A stretch of DNA of 61,235 nucleotides from an uncultured Flavobacteriaceae bacterium (lineage in GTDB: Bacteria > Bacteroidota > Bacteroidia > Flavobacteriales > Flavobacteriaceae): assembly GCA_963974735.1 (NCBI GenBank), contig CAXBEL010000001.1, forward strand, positions 1 to 61,235. Reading direction: 5' to 3'. Below are positions 20,199 through 30,240 of the stretch, piece after piece. The position numbers were made by a program, and so were the translations under genes. Each line of letters starts with the position of its first letter. The first letter of the stretch is position 1. The notes under the pieces are model-generated. The model did no database searches, was not told where the DNA came from, and saw nothing but the letters and a program-made list of their open reading frames with translations.

Positions 20199-21011
20199 AT
20201 GAATTCTAAAACACAGGATCAGATTGAAAAATATCTTAATGGCGGACTCTCTAAAGAAGAGACCAAAGATTTTGAGTTAAAACTTAATGAGAATTATGAA
20301 TTTGCTGAAGAAGTAAAACTTTACAAATACGTAAATGAAGGTCTTGGTGAAGAATCTTGGTTTGAGATGGGTATTGAGAAAGATAATATTCAATATCAAA
20401 TGATGTTGAAAGCTGCAAATAGTAGCGAAGGTCAAAAGACACAAAGGGATTTACTAGAAGCTAAGGAAGTATATTTTGCTAAGCAAAGACAAGCAAAACA
20501 GAGACGTAGAATTTATGTTGCCATTAGCTCAGCAGCTGCGGCATTGTTGTTTTTGTTAATGACAACTGTGCTTGCACCTTCTCAATCTTCAGATGAGCTA
20601 TTTGTAGCTCATTTTACAAATAACGATATGCCTTCACTTGTATCACGTAGTAATGATGGCGTAAACGATCTGTTTAAAGGAATACAGGCTTATAATAATG
20701 AGAACTATAAGGAGGCTATAAATTATTTTGATAATTATTATACAGAAGCAAATGCAATCAATCCTTTGGTTTATAGTTATTCGGGCTGGGCTTACGCCTA
20801 TACTGGTGATGACAAAAAAGCATTTAGCGATTTTAATAAACTTGCTGATTCTGATCATTTGGACAGTTCAAAAGGTCTGTGGTTCAATGCTCTTTTACAT
20901 TTAAAATTAAACGAAACCAAAGAAGCAAAATCTTCCCTGCAAAAAATTGTGGTTGATGAGAATAATTTTAAGTTTGCCGAGGCGAAAGAAATTTTGGCAG
21001 ACTTAAAATAG
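20199..21011 (+). CDS. Putative anti-sigma factor (cytoplasmic N-domain, single TM, extracytoplasmic TPR)
   Basis: IEKYLNGGLSKEE N-terminus typical of anti-sigma domains; RRR then TM IYVAISSAAAALLFLLM; TPR-like C-terminus; 7 nt after the sigma stop. Confidence 0.75.
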   Translation: MNSKTQDQIEKYLNGGLSKEETKDFELKLNENYEFAEEVKLYKYVNEGLGEESWFEMGIEKDNIQYQMMLKAANSSEGQKTQRDLLEAKEVYFAKQRQAKQRRRIYVAISSAAAALLFLLMTTVLAPSQSSDELFVAHFTNNDMPSLVSRSNDGVNDLFKGIQAYNNENYKEAINYFDNYYTEANAINPLVYSYSGWAYAYTGDDKKAFSDFNKLADSDHLDSSKGLWFNALLHLKLNETKEAKSSLQKIVVDENNFKFAEAKEILADLK

Positions 21012-21014
21012 TAA

Positions 21015-21824
21015 ATGAGTAGAAAATACGTTTATCCTTTATTGTTCATCATTGCAACCGTTCTTATTTATTATGCAAATAATTATCTGGACGAGAAAGA
21101 AAGGGAGCCTTCGATTCATGAAGGCAAGCAGATTAAAGAAACTACAAATAGATTTTTATTACCCAGCTCCACCACAGGAGCTGTTATTCATCATAAATAT
21201 TATTCTCTTTCCTATAGCGAACCCAATGAACAAGCTGAATGGGTTGCTTATGAATTAGAAAACGAGCAGCTTTCACAGAATAATTTTGATAGACCTTATT
21301 TTGAGATAGATGAAGCTGTACCCACTAAAGCTGCACACTGGCGTAATTATAAAAATTCAGGCTATGACAGAGGGCATTTATGCCCTGCTGGTGATCGAAG
21401 ATTTGAAAAATCAGCATATATAGAAACTTTTTTAACAAGTAACATAAGTCCACAAAAGCACGATTTTAACAGTGGAATTTGGAATAGTTTAGAGCAAAAA
21501 GTAAGAAAATGGGCTGCAGCGTATGGTAGTATCTATGTTGTTACAGGAGGTGTTCTAAAAAATATTTCTTCGACAATAGGTGATGAACACGTCGCGGTTC
21601 CTAATTATTTTTATAAAATAATCCTTTCAGAAACTGACAAAGGTTACCAATCATTGGCATTTTTAATACCACACAAAAATACCACTACTTCACTTACTGA
21701 ATTTGTTACAACAATAGATAATATTGAAGCTCTTACAGGAATAGATTTTTTTCCTAATTTAGATGATAAAACAGAGAATTCTTTAGAGGCATCCAAAAGC
21801 TATAGTAACTGGAATTTGAGATAA
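21015..21824 (+). CDS. DNA/RNA non-specific endonuclease (NucA/EndoG type), N-terminally anchored
   Basis: GYDRGHLCPA, TFLTSNISPQ, FNSGIWNSLE, VPNYFYKII. Confidence 0.92.
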   Translation: MSRKYVYPLLFIIATVLIYYANNYLDEKEREPSIHEGKQIKETTNRFLLPSSTTGAVIHHKYYSLSYSEPNEQAEWVAYELENEQLSQNNFDRPYFEIDEAVPTKAAHWRNYKNSGYDRGHLCPAGDRRFEKSAYIETFLTSNISPQKHDFNSGIWNSLEQKVRKWAAAYGSIYVVTGGVLKNISSTIGDEHVAVPNYFYKIILSETDKGYQSLAFLIPHKNTTTSLTEFVTTIDNIEALTGIDFFPNLDDKTENSLEASKSYSNWNLR

Positions 21825-21857
21825 GCGTTTTTAACTCAAAGCTTATGGAAGTTAACG

Positions 21858-23120
21858 CTACCATTCGTTTACTCTATTTCCGTCAAGTTTTACAAAAATA
21901 AAAAGCAAAATTGTAAACCCCCATAATCCGGACCCTCCATAACTGAAGAATGGCAGAGGTATACCCACCGTTGGAAACATACCAGTAACCATCCCAATAT
22001 TTACTAGAAAATGGATAAAAAGTATGCCAGCAAGACTATATCCATAAATACGGCTGAATTGGTTTTTTTGCTTTTCTGCCAGAAAAATGATGCGCATCAT
22101 AAGGGCGATAAATAAGAAGACTACTAATGTGCTTCCTAAAAAACCCCATTCTTCTCCTACAGTACTAAAAATATAATCTGTATGTTGCTCAGGCACAAAA
22201 TTTCCTTTTGTTTGAGTCCCTTTTAAAAATCCTCGACCTGTCCAGCCTCCATTACCAATAGCAATTTCAGATTGATAGGTGTTATAGCCAATACTTTTTG
22301 TGTCAACTTCTTTTCCTAGAACTACATTAAATCTATCTCTGTGTCTTTGTTCAAATACATTTTGAAAGATATAGTTGACCGAAAAAACGAATGCCATACA
22401 AATGAGAGGTAAAATGTAGAGTAAACTTTTACCCGTTCTTTTCTTTCGTTTTTTAACTAAAGCAATAATAGCTATCAAGACTATTAAAGCACATACCCAT
22501 AGTGGACCTATAGCTAGTGTCAGGACAAATAAGGATATAGTTATAAAACCAACAATAAGATATACTCCAGAAAGCCCTTCTCTATAAAGCGGAAAAAAGA
22601 ATGCTGCATAAACAAGCGCGCTCCCAGGATCTGGCTGAGGTATTATAATGAGAGCAGGTAAGGCTATAATAGCAAAAGCTTTGAGTTGATGCTGTAAAGA
22701 AGCTACATTTGTTTGTATATCACTTAGATATTTAGCTAATGCCAGAGCTGTTGCTGCTTTTGCAAATTCACTAGGTTGTAGGCTGAAACTGCCAAATGCA
22801 TACCAACTCGTAGCACCTGAAATGTTTTTTCCGAAGAGAAAAAGACCTAATAAAGATAAAAGTGAGACTACATAAATTACACTTGCAAACCGTTCAAAAA
22901 ATTTTGCGTCTAAGAACAGAATAAAGACAATGATTACAAAACTAAGTATTATCCATATAAACTGTTTTGAGTATAAATTAGAAATGTCAAAAGATCCTGA
23001 TATAACATCTGGTTCAAGGGAAGCAGAGTAGATATTAATCCATCCTATTGTAATTAAGGCAACATAAAGTAAGATCAAAAGCCAGTCAAAATTACCGACC
23101 GATCTAGAAAAACTGCTCAT
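21858..23120 (-). CDS. rodA: Rod shape-determining SEDS glycosyltransferase RodA
   Basis: LQPSEFAK, QPDPGS, PEQHTDYIF, GIPLPFFSYGGS; last gene of the mre cluster. Confidence 0.93.
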   Translation of the reverse strand: MSSFSRSVGNFDWLLILLYVALITIGWINIYSASLEPDVISGSFDISNLYSKQFIWIILSFVIIVFILFLDAKFFERFASVIYVVSLLSLLGLFLFGKNISGATSWYAFGSFSLQPSEFAKAATALALAKYLSDIQTNVASLQHQLKAFAIIALPALIIIPQPDPGSALVYAAFFFPLYREGLSGVYLIVGFITISLFVLTLAIGPLWVCALIVLIAIIALVKKRKKRTGKSLLYILPLICMAFVFSVNYIFQNVFEQRHRDRFNVVLGKEVDTKSIGYNTYQSEIAIGNGGWTGRGFLKGTQTKGNFVPEQHTDYIFSTVGEEWGFLGSTLVVFLFIALMMRIIFLAEKQKNQFSRIYGYSLAGILFIHFLVNIGMVTGMFPTVGIPLPFFSYGGSGLWGFTILLFIFVKLDGNRVNEW

Positions 23121-24878
23121 TAATAATTAATCTTAAAGGGTTCTCCGCTTAAAGGCTTTGCATATTCTTCTTCTAGACTGTGGCTAAGAATCCAATCTTC
23201 TAAATCTGTTCTGGATATTTCACCACCTTTTAAATATTTTTCTATCATAAGGCTGGCTATGCGCCCAGCATATCGCGAACCCCAATATCCGTTTTCCACA
23301 AAAACAGCTAAGGCAATCTTAGGATTATCTTTTGGAGCAAAAGCAACAAAAATAGAGTGATCTGTTAACTGTACCCGTTTACCATCAATTTTTGTGTAAT
23401 TTTCAGCTGTACCAGTTTTACCACAAATTTCTATGCCAGGTATTCTAAGTGCTTGCGCAGTACCGTAGTTGTATACATCGTGCATTCCCTGAACAACAGG
23501 TTCAAAATTTTGAGCATCTACGGTAGTTATATGCTTGGTACGATACTCTAATGGTATTTTCTCTGTATCTCCTTCTATTTCTTTTAAAATATGAGGTGTA
23601 TAAAACCAACCTCTATTAGCGATTGCTGCTGTTACATTGGCTAATTGCATTGGAGTTGTCATGACTTCACCTTGCCATATATCCTCCAAGGCCAAAACTT
23701 TCCAGATGTTTTTTCCATACATCAATACCTTCTTGTGGTGTAGGATATTTTTCTATAGTACGTCTATATACATTCGCAAAGTAGGCATTACAGGAATTGG
23801 CAATACCGGGAACCATACTTAAAGGGCTTTTGTGGTGGTGACATCCAAGTTTTCTGCCCCTAGAGCCATAATAGTAACCTCCGTGACATGCAAAGCTCTC
23901 TTTGGTATCTACAACTCCTTCCTGAAGCGCTATAAGTGCATTTAATGTTTTAAAAGGTGATCCTGGAGGATATTCCCCTTGCAATACTCTATCAAACAGA
24001 GGTTTTGCGATAGTGTCTAAATATAAATCTGTAAAATGTTTAGATCTTTCCCTTCCTACTAGTAGAGCAGGATCATAATTAGGTGCCGCAACAAGAGCTA
24101 ATATTTGGCCTGTGTTGGGTTCTAATGCTACAATTCCTCCTCGCTTATTTACCATCAATTCCTCTCCATACTTTTGCAATTCCGAATCAATTGTAAGTTG
24201 AAGATCTTTTCCTTGCTGAGGCAGAGTATCTAATGCACCCTCTTTATAAGCGCCTATATCTCTATTAAACCGGTCCTTTTGAATAAACTTAACTCCTTTT
24301 ACCCCTCTTAGAACCTCTTCATATTGTTGTTCAACACCTTGCCGACCTATTAGATCACCTGATTGGTAATAAGCATTTTGTTTAATATCACGATTGTTAA
24401 CCTCTGCTATATAACCTAAAAAATTTGCACCATAATCAATCTGATAATCACGAAGAGATCGCTTTTGAATATAAAAGCCTTCATACTTCCTCATTTTTTC
24501 TTGGAGGTATGCATACTCAGTTTTTGTAAGTTGAGGTATTACAACAGATGGCAGGCGTGGAGAATAAACACGTGCTTTACGCAAGCGTTCCTTTAATTTC
24601 TCTTTATCCATGTTAAGCAATTGGCACATTTCTAATGTGTCAAATGGCTTTACTTCTCTTGGTATGACCATTACGTCATAAGAAGGTTGATTGCTTACTA
24701 GAAGTTTGCCCTCTCTATCATAAATGTGACCACGCTGAGGATAGTCATAAATACGTTTAATGGCGTTATTCTCTGATAGCCTTATGGCAGAAGTATCTAG
24801 AACCTGGAGGTAGAATAACCTTCCAGTAAATACAAGACCAGATAGAAGTATTATAGAAAATAGTAATAATTTTCTCAT
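23120..24878 (-). pseudogene. mrdA: Penicillin-binding protein 2, split by a frameshifting deletion at ~23674/23675
   Basis: Upstream frame carries SPFK and SCN and stops after FGLGGYMAR; downstream frame resumes at QGEVMTTPMQLAN and carries KTGT; span of 1759 nt is not a multiple of 3. Confidence 0.85.
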
Positions 24879-25381
24879 TTGCGTTTTGCGCTAAATAGAG
24901 TTATAAGAATTAAACTTAAAATAAGAGTAAATATGCCACTGAGTAACGTCTTTTTCAGTATATAAAGTATATCTGAGACGTTAAAAGTTTCCAGTAAGAA
25001 TAATACAAAATGATGTATTAAAACCAAAATTGTAATAAAGGTAAAACGCTCTGTAAATGAAGTTTGAGTAATTTTTACGGTATTATATTCATAAGCTACA
25101 CCAAAAACCGATCTTAAGATCCAAGGTCTTGAGTATGCCAGAACCAAACTTGCGGCTGCATGCATTCCCCCACTATTACTAAACATGTCTATTGTTAATC
25201 CAATAAGGAAGCTAAAAAAAAGAAAAGATGCTTTTTTATCAGAAATAGGAAAAAGCAGAATGAAAATTACATAGGGATATGGATTTATGTATCCTAAAAA
25301 ATTAATATGATTAAATAAGGCAACCTGTGCCAAAACCAGCACTACAAATCTTAGTATGTTATTTGCTATGCTATTGCTCAT
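24875..25381 (-). CDS. mreD: Rod shape-determining protein MreD
   Basis: Hydrophobic ~168 aa protein between mreC and mrdA; GLTIDMFSNSGGMHAAA. Confidence 0.85.
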   Translation of the reverse strand: MSNSIANNILRFVVLVLAQVALFNHINFLGYINPYPYVIFILLFPISDKKASFLFFSFLIGLTIDMFSNSGGMHAAASLVLAYSRPWILRSVFGVAYEYNTVKITQTSFTERFTFITILVLIHHFVLFLLETFNVSDILYILKKTLLSGIFTLILSLILITLFSAKRK

Positions 25382-26195
25382 CAATTGTTTGCTCTTCTAA
25401 CTCTTTTATTTGTTCCCGATCCATATTTTCAATGACATATACGTGACCAATATTTGTCATATCATTAAATAGTTTTATCGTAATTGTATAAAAATTCTCA
25501 CTTTGGTCGAGTTTAAAATCTTCAACTGTTCCTACTCCCACACCTTCTGGAAATATGGTTGACATGCCTCCTGTTATAATTGTATCTCCTTTAGCTACAG
25601 GTGCCTTTTCTTGGACATCAATTAATTCTACAAGATTTGGGTCTTTTCCATCCCAAACTAAAATTCCAAAATGACCACTTTTTTTAAGTTTAGCGTTTAT
25701 TTGAGAGTTACTGTTCAATATGCTTATAACTGTAGAATAATTGTTGGAGACTTTATCTATAATTCCTACGATACCATTACTTGTAATGACGCCCAGATCT
25801 TGTTTTATGCTATCTTTTCTTCCACCTTTTAGTGTAAGAAAGTTATCTCTAAGAGAATAATTATTGTTTATTACTTTAGCTTTTGTTACTTGGTACTTGC
25901 TATCGTAGGTAACCGTATCTATGGTGCTGGAAAGAGAATCCAGTGGGTTAAATAACTTTTGTCGCAGACGCTTATTTTCTTCTAAAAGTTGATCGTTATG
26001 AACGCGAAGGTCAAAATAACTGTTAATATTATCAATTGTAGTGTATATTCCTCCAGTTAAAAAGTTGGCCGAATTAACAAACTTACTCCTGTGGTAGGAA
26101 TGCGATTGAATAGTAAAAACAAAAGAAATAAACAGCAGAAAAACAAACAGCAGAAAGTTTCTATACTTTATTAGAAAATTGATTATTTGCTGCAT
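25371..26195 (-). CDS. mreC: Rod shape-determining protein MreC
   Basis: N-terminal TM, coiled coil LLEENKRLR, GDTIITGGMSTIFPEG. Confidence 0.9.
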   Translation of the reverse strand: MQQIINFLIKYRNFLLFVFLLFISFVFTIQSHSYHRSKFVNSANFLTGGIYTTIDNINSYFDLRVHNDQLLEENKRLRQKLFNPLDSLSSTIDTVTYDSKYQVTKAKVINNNYSLRDNFLTLKGGRKDSIKQDLGVITSNGIVGIIDKVSNNYSTVISILNSNSQINAKLKKSGHFGILVWDGKDPNLVELIDVQEKAPVAKGDTIITGGMSTIFPEGVGVGTVEDFKLDQSENFYTITIKLFNDMTNIGHVYVIENMDREQIKELEEQTIDEQ

Positions 26196-26210
26196 GAATC
26201 ACGTTTGCTA

Positions 26211-27239
26211 TTACTTTATTAGCACACTTTTATACTTGGGAAGATTTTTTAATGTAATCCCAGTACCTCTTACAACAGCCCGTAATGGATCTTCTGCTAT
26301 ATAAACAGGAAGATCGGTTTTTTGAGAAAGACGTTTATCAAGACCCCGAAGCATACTTCCTCCGCCAGCGAGATAAATACCCGTATTATAGATATCTGCA
26401 GCAAGTTCTGGTGGTGTTTGAGATAAAGTTTCCATTACAGCATCTTCAATACGCAAAATAGATTTGTCTAAAGCTTTTGCAATTTCGCGATAAGAGATTT
26501 GTACTTGTTTTGGCTTACCGGTAAGAAGGTCACGACCCTGCACGCTCATATCTTCTGGTGGTACCTCAAGATCTTCGGTAGCTGCACCTATCTGAATTTT
26601 TATCTTTTCCGCACTGCGCTCACCTACATAAAGGTTATGTTGGGTTCGCATATAATAAATGATGTCGTTTGTAAAAACATCACCTGCAATTTTTATGGAC
26701 TTATCACATACAATTCCTCCAAGAGCTATAACGGCAATTTCTGTTGTACCTCCACCTATATCTACAATCATATTTCCTTTAGGCTGCATTATATCGACAC
26801 CTATACCTATTGCTGCCGCCATAGGTTCATGAATAAGATATACTTCTTTACCGTTAACCCGTTCTGCACTTTCTTTAACCGCACGCATTTCTACCTCTGT
26901 TATTCCAGATGGGATACAGATAACCATTCTAAGGGCAGGAGCAAACATTCTTTTTTTGAGAGCAGGGATTTCTTTGATAAACATACTTATCATTTGCTCA
27001 CTTGCATCAAAATCTGCAATCACACCATCTTTTAATGGTCTAATTGTTTTGATATTCTCGTGGGTCTTTCCCTGCATCATTGCGGCCTCTTTTCCTGCAG
27101 CAATAATTTTATTTGTTGTGCGGTCTCGGGCTACAATAGATGGGCTATCCACCACAACCTTATCATTATGTATTATCAGTGTATTTGCCGTACCGAGATC
27201 TATCGCGATTTCTTCGGTTAGGAAGTCAAAAAAGCCCAT
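26211..27239 (-). CDS. mreB: Actin-like MreB
   Basis: IDLGTANT, RPLKDGVIADF, EPMAAAIG, DIGGGTTE. Confidence 0.97.
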   Translation of the reverse strand: MGFFDFLTEEIAIDLGTANTLIIHNDKVVVDSPSIVARDRTTNKIIAAGKEAAMMQGKTHENIKTIRPLKDGVIADFDASEQMISMFIKEIPALKKRMFAPALRMVICIPSGITEVEMRAVKESAERVNGKEVYLIHEPMAAAIGIGVDIMQPKGNMIVDIGGGTTEIAVIALGGIVCDKSIKIAGDVFTNDIIYYMRTQHNLYVGERSAEKIKIQIGAATEDLEVPPEDMSVQGRDLLTGKPKQVQISYREIAKALDKSILRIEDAVMETLSQTPPELAADIYNTGIYLAGGGSMLRGLDKRLSQKTDLPVYIAEDPLRAVVRGTGITLKNLPKYKSVLIK

Positions 27240-27313
27240 AAGCGGTTGTGAAAAATGTGAATTATTCTATTTATTGTTAACTGTTTCTAAAAGTAATTAA
27301 AAAAATACTCTTT

Positions 27314-28840
27314 TTAATGTTTAAAATGTCTGGTACCTGTCATAACCATAGCAATTTCATGCTCATTGCAATAATCTATACTTAATTGGTCTTTTATTGA
27401 CCCTCCAGGTTGAATTACAGCTTTAACGCCTGCTTTTCCAGCTATTTCTACACAATCTGGAAAAGGGAAAAAAGCGTCACTTGCCATTACAGATCCTTTA
27501 AGATCAAAATTGAATGAATTAGCTTTTTCTATTGCGTGTTTAAGAGCATCAACTCGAGAAGTCTGTCCTGCACCACTTGCACAAAGTTGCTTGTTTTTTG
27601 CCAAAACAATTGTGTTTGATTTAGTATGCTTACATATTTTAGAAGCAAATATCAAGTCACTTAACTCGCTTTCTGAAGGTTTATTGTCAGTAGCCCAAGA
27701 AAGGTCTTCTAATTGATCTGTCTTACTGTCTTTATTCTGAACAAGTACACCATTTAAGCAACTACGTACTTGATTTTCTGGTAATTCTACCGTTTTTTGA
27801 ACTAGCAAAACCCTGTTTTTCTTACCTTTTAAAATTTCTAAAGCTTCCGCCGAAAAACTGGGTGCAATAACTACTTCACAAAAAAGCTTGTGTATTTCTT
27901 CGGCAGTAGGCTTGTCAATTTCTTGATTCGAAATCAATATTCCTCCAAAAGCTGAAACTGGATCTCCAGCAAGCGCATCTATATATGCTTGATGTAAAGT
28001 TTCGCGTTGAGCTAAACCACACGCGTTATTGTGTTTTAAGATAGCGAACGTCGGTTTTTCATTGCTAAATTCTGCCATTAAATTTACGGCAGCATCCACA
28101 TCAAGTAAGTTATTGTAAGAAAGCTCTTTCCCATGTAGCTGCTCGAACATGGCATCAAAGTCTCCAAAAAATGTACCTTGCTGATGTGGGTTTTCTCCAT
28201 AACGCAATTGTTTACCTGTCTGAATACTGCTTTTGTAAACAACTTCTTCTTCATTAAAATAATTGAAGATTGCAGTATCGTAGTGAGAAGAAACATTAAA
28301 AGCTTTTGCTGCAAAACGCTTGCGATCTTTTAGAGATGTTGAGCCTTTATTCTCAGAAATTATTTCAAGAACCTCATTATAATCTTCAACTGATGATACA
28401 CATAAGGTATCTTTAAAATTCTTTGCAGCTGCGCGTATTAATGAGATGCCTCCTATATCTATCTTTTCTACTATATCTTGTTCACTCGCTCCAGACTCTA
28501 CCGTTTTCTCAAAAGGGTATAAATCAACAATTACAATATCTAATTGAGGAATCTTGTATTCTGCCATTTCGGTCTTGTCACCTTCGTGATCTTGACGATT
28601 AAGAATACCACCAAAAATTTTAGGATGCAATGTCTTCACACGCCCCCCTAAAATAGAAGGATAAGAGGTAACGTCCTCAACTCTTTCAACAGGCACATCT
28701 AAATCTTTGATAAATTTTTCAGTCCCACCTGTAGAATAAAGTGTTATTCCTAACTCATGAAATTTTTTGATAAGTGGCTCTAAGCCCTCTTTACTAAATA
28801 CAGAAATTAATGCGGCTTTAGCCTGAATATCGGTGTTCAT
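27314..28840 (-). CDS. purH: Bifunctional AICAR transformylase/IMP cyclohydrolase
   Basis: STGGT, GGRVKTLHP, IDIGG, LRYGENPHQ, KHNNACG, ASDAFFPF; TACTTTTG promoter element at 28863-28870. Confidence 0.96.
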   Translation of the reverse strand: MNTDIQAKAALISVFSKEGLEPLIKKFHELGITLYSTGGTEKFIKDLDVPVERVEDVTSYPSILGGRVKTLHPKIFGGILNRQDHEGDKTEMAEYKIPQLDIVIVDLYPFEKTVESGASEQDIVEKIDIGGISLIRAAAKNFKDTLCVSSVEDYNEVLEIISENKGSTSLKDRKRFAAKAFNVSSHYDTAIFNYFNEEEVVYKSSIQTGKQLRYGENPHQQGTFFGDFDAMFEQLHGKELSYNNLLDVDAAVNLMAEFSNEKPTFAILKHNNACGLAQRETLHQAYIDALAGDPVSAFGGILISNQEIDKPTAEEIHKLFCEVVIAPSFSAEALEILKGKKNRVLLVQKTVELPENQVRSCLNGVLVQNKDSKTDQLEDLSWATDNKPSESELSDLIFASKICKHTKSNTIVLAKNKQLCASGAGQTSRVDALKHAIEKANSFNFDLKGSVMASDAFFPFPDCVEIAGKAGVKAVIQPGGSIKDQLSIDYCNEHEIAMVMTGTRHFKH

Positions 28841-28924
28841 GAAGAAAATTTATAATAAGCTGCAAAAGTATGAATTTAGAGCCTAAAAATCAGATGCTAT
28901 TCCTGTAATTTCTATGGAAAAAAT

Positions 28925-28951
28925 TGTAACGTTATACAAGTTAATGCGTCT
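28925..28951 (+). promoter_or_regulatory. Putative ECF promoter
   Basis: TGTAAC-N16-CGTCT, matching the general ECF AAC/CGT architecture. Confidence 0.5.
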
Positions 28952-28978
28952 TATCGTCGTTAGCGAAAAAATACATCT

Positions 28979-30232
28979 ATGCTTATTTATTTAAGGGTAC
29001 TTAAAGAAAGTCTTGCTTTTGCAATTAATGCATTGCGCAATAATAAGTTACGTACCTTTTTGTCTTTGTTAGGAGTTACAATTGGTATTTTTTCAATAAT
29101 AGGTGTTCTGGCCGCTGTAGATTCATTGAAACAAGAAATAAAGGGCAGTCTTTCTTCATTGGATAACAGTACTATTTATTTGATGCGTTTTTCATTTGGC
29201 CCTTCTGATATTCCACAATGGAAGAGAGAACAGTTTCCTGATGTGACTTTTGATGAATATCAATATATAAAGCGAAGTGTTCCGCATGTTGAGGCCGCTT
29301 CTTACAATTTAAATGTAGGTCAAGAAACTATAAAATACAATGATAAAATTGTTACGGGTGCAGATATAGCGCCTGTGACAAATGAATATTATTACATTCA
29401 AGCGCTTCAGTTAGATGAAGGTAGGTTTTTTAATGAGGCTGAATCTAATAGTGGTGCACCTGTTGTAGTTTTAGGTGATGAGATCGCAAATAGCTTATTT
29501 GGCGCTATTAATCCTATAGGAAAGCAAGTGCGGCTTTATGGGCAGCGATTTACTGTAATAGGTACATTGAAGAAAAAAGGTAAAGGGCTTTTTGGCAATT
29601 CTGAAGATACCGTAGTAATATTACCTGTTAACATTGTACGTAGAATTTATGGCAGTAATAATAAAGGGGCTTTTCCTGCTATCATCATTAAACCCGAATC
29701 TGGCATAGATCTTCCTGAATTTACTGCAATACTTACTCAAAAATTGAGACAATATAGAGGTTTGCGACCTGATGATATTAATAACTTCTTTATTAATCAG
29801 CTTCAGGGATTTGCAGATTTAGTAGATAATATAACGGGAACAATGTCCACCATTGGTGGATTTATTGGTTTATTCTCACTGCTCGTGGGTGGATTTGGAA
29901 TTGCAAATATTATGTTTGTTAGTGTTAAAGAGCGAACCAACTTAATAGGAATTCAAAAAGCGCTGGGGGCAAAAAATAAGTTCATTTTGCTTCAATTTTT
30001 GTTTGAAGCAATAATTCTGGCTGCATTTGGAGGATTGATCGGATTGCTGCTGGTGTGGCTCATAACATTAGTTGCCTCACAATTTACAGGAGATTTTGAG
30101 TTTATATTGTCGAGCACAAATATTTTCTTGGGATTGTTTTCTTCAATAATTATAGGACTAATAGCTGGAATAATTCCTGCTTTTATGGCTTCAAGACTAG
30201 ATCCTGTTGAAGCAATAAGAACAGGAATGTAA
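28979..30232 (+). CDS. ABC transporter permease (MacB/FtsX family)
   Basis: RTFLSLLGVTIG, GRFFNEAE, VGGFGIANIMFVSVKERT, ASRLDPVEAIR. Confidence 0.9.
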   Translation: MLIYLRVLKESLAFAINALRNNKLRTFLSLLGVTIGIFSIIGVLAAVDSLKQEIKGSLSSLDNSTIYLMRFSFGPSDIPQWKREQFPDVTFDEYQYIKRSVPHVEAASYNLNVGQETIKYNDKIVTGADIAPVTNEYYYIQALQLDEGRFFNEAESNSGAPVVVLGDEIANSLFGAINPIGKQVRLYGQRFTVIGTLKKKGKGLFGNSEDTVVILPVNIVRRIYGSNNKGAFPAIIIKPESGIDLPEFTAILTQKLRQYRGLRPDDINNFFINQLQGFADLVDNITGTMSTIGGFIGLFSLLVGGFGIANIMFVSVKERTNLIGIQKALGAKNKFILLQFLFEAIILAAFGGLIGLLLVWLITLVASQFTGDFEFILSSTNIFLGLFSSIIIGLIAGIIPAFMASRLDPVEAIRTGM

Positions 30233-30240
30233 AAGCAGAA

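Noticed and set aside
16183-21824. CRISPR-associated (Craspase-type) locus or a mobile element
   Set aside because: No cas genes, repeat-spacer array, integrase, transposase or clear flanking direct repeats are visible anywhere in the window
23660-23725. Programmed ribosomal frameshift or a genuine two-gene PBP2
   Set aside because: There is no slippery run at the junction and conserved residues are missing, so a frameshift would not restore the protein; the first ~16 residues of the 23725 ORF are out-of-frame sequence
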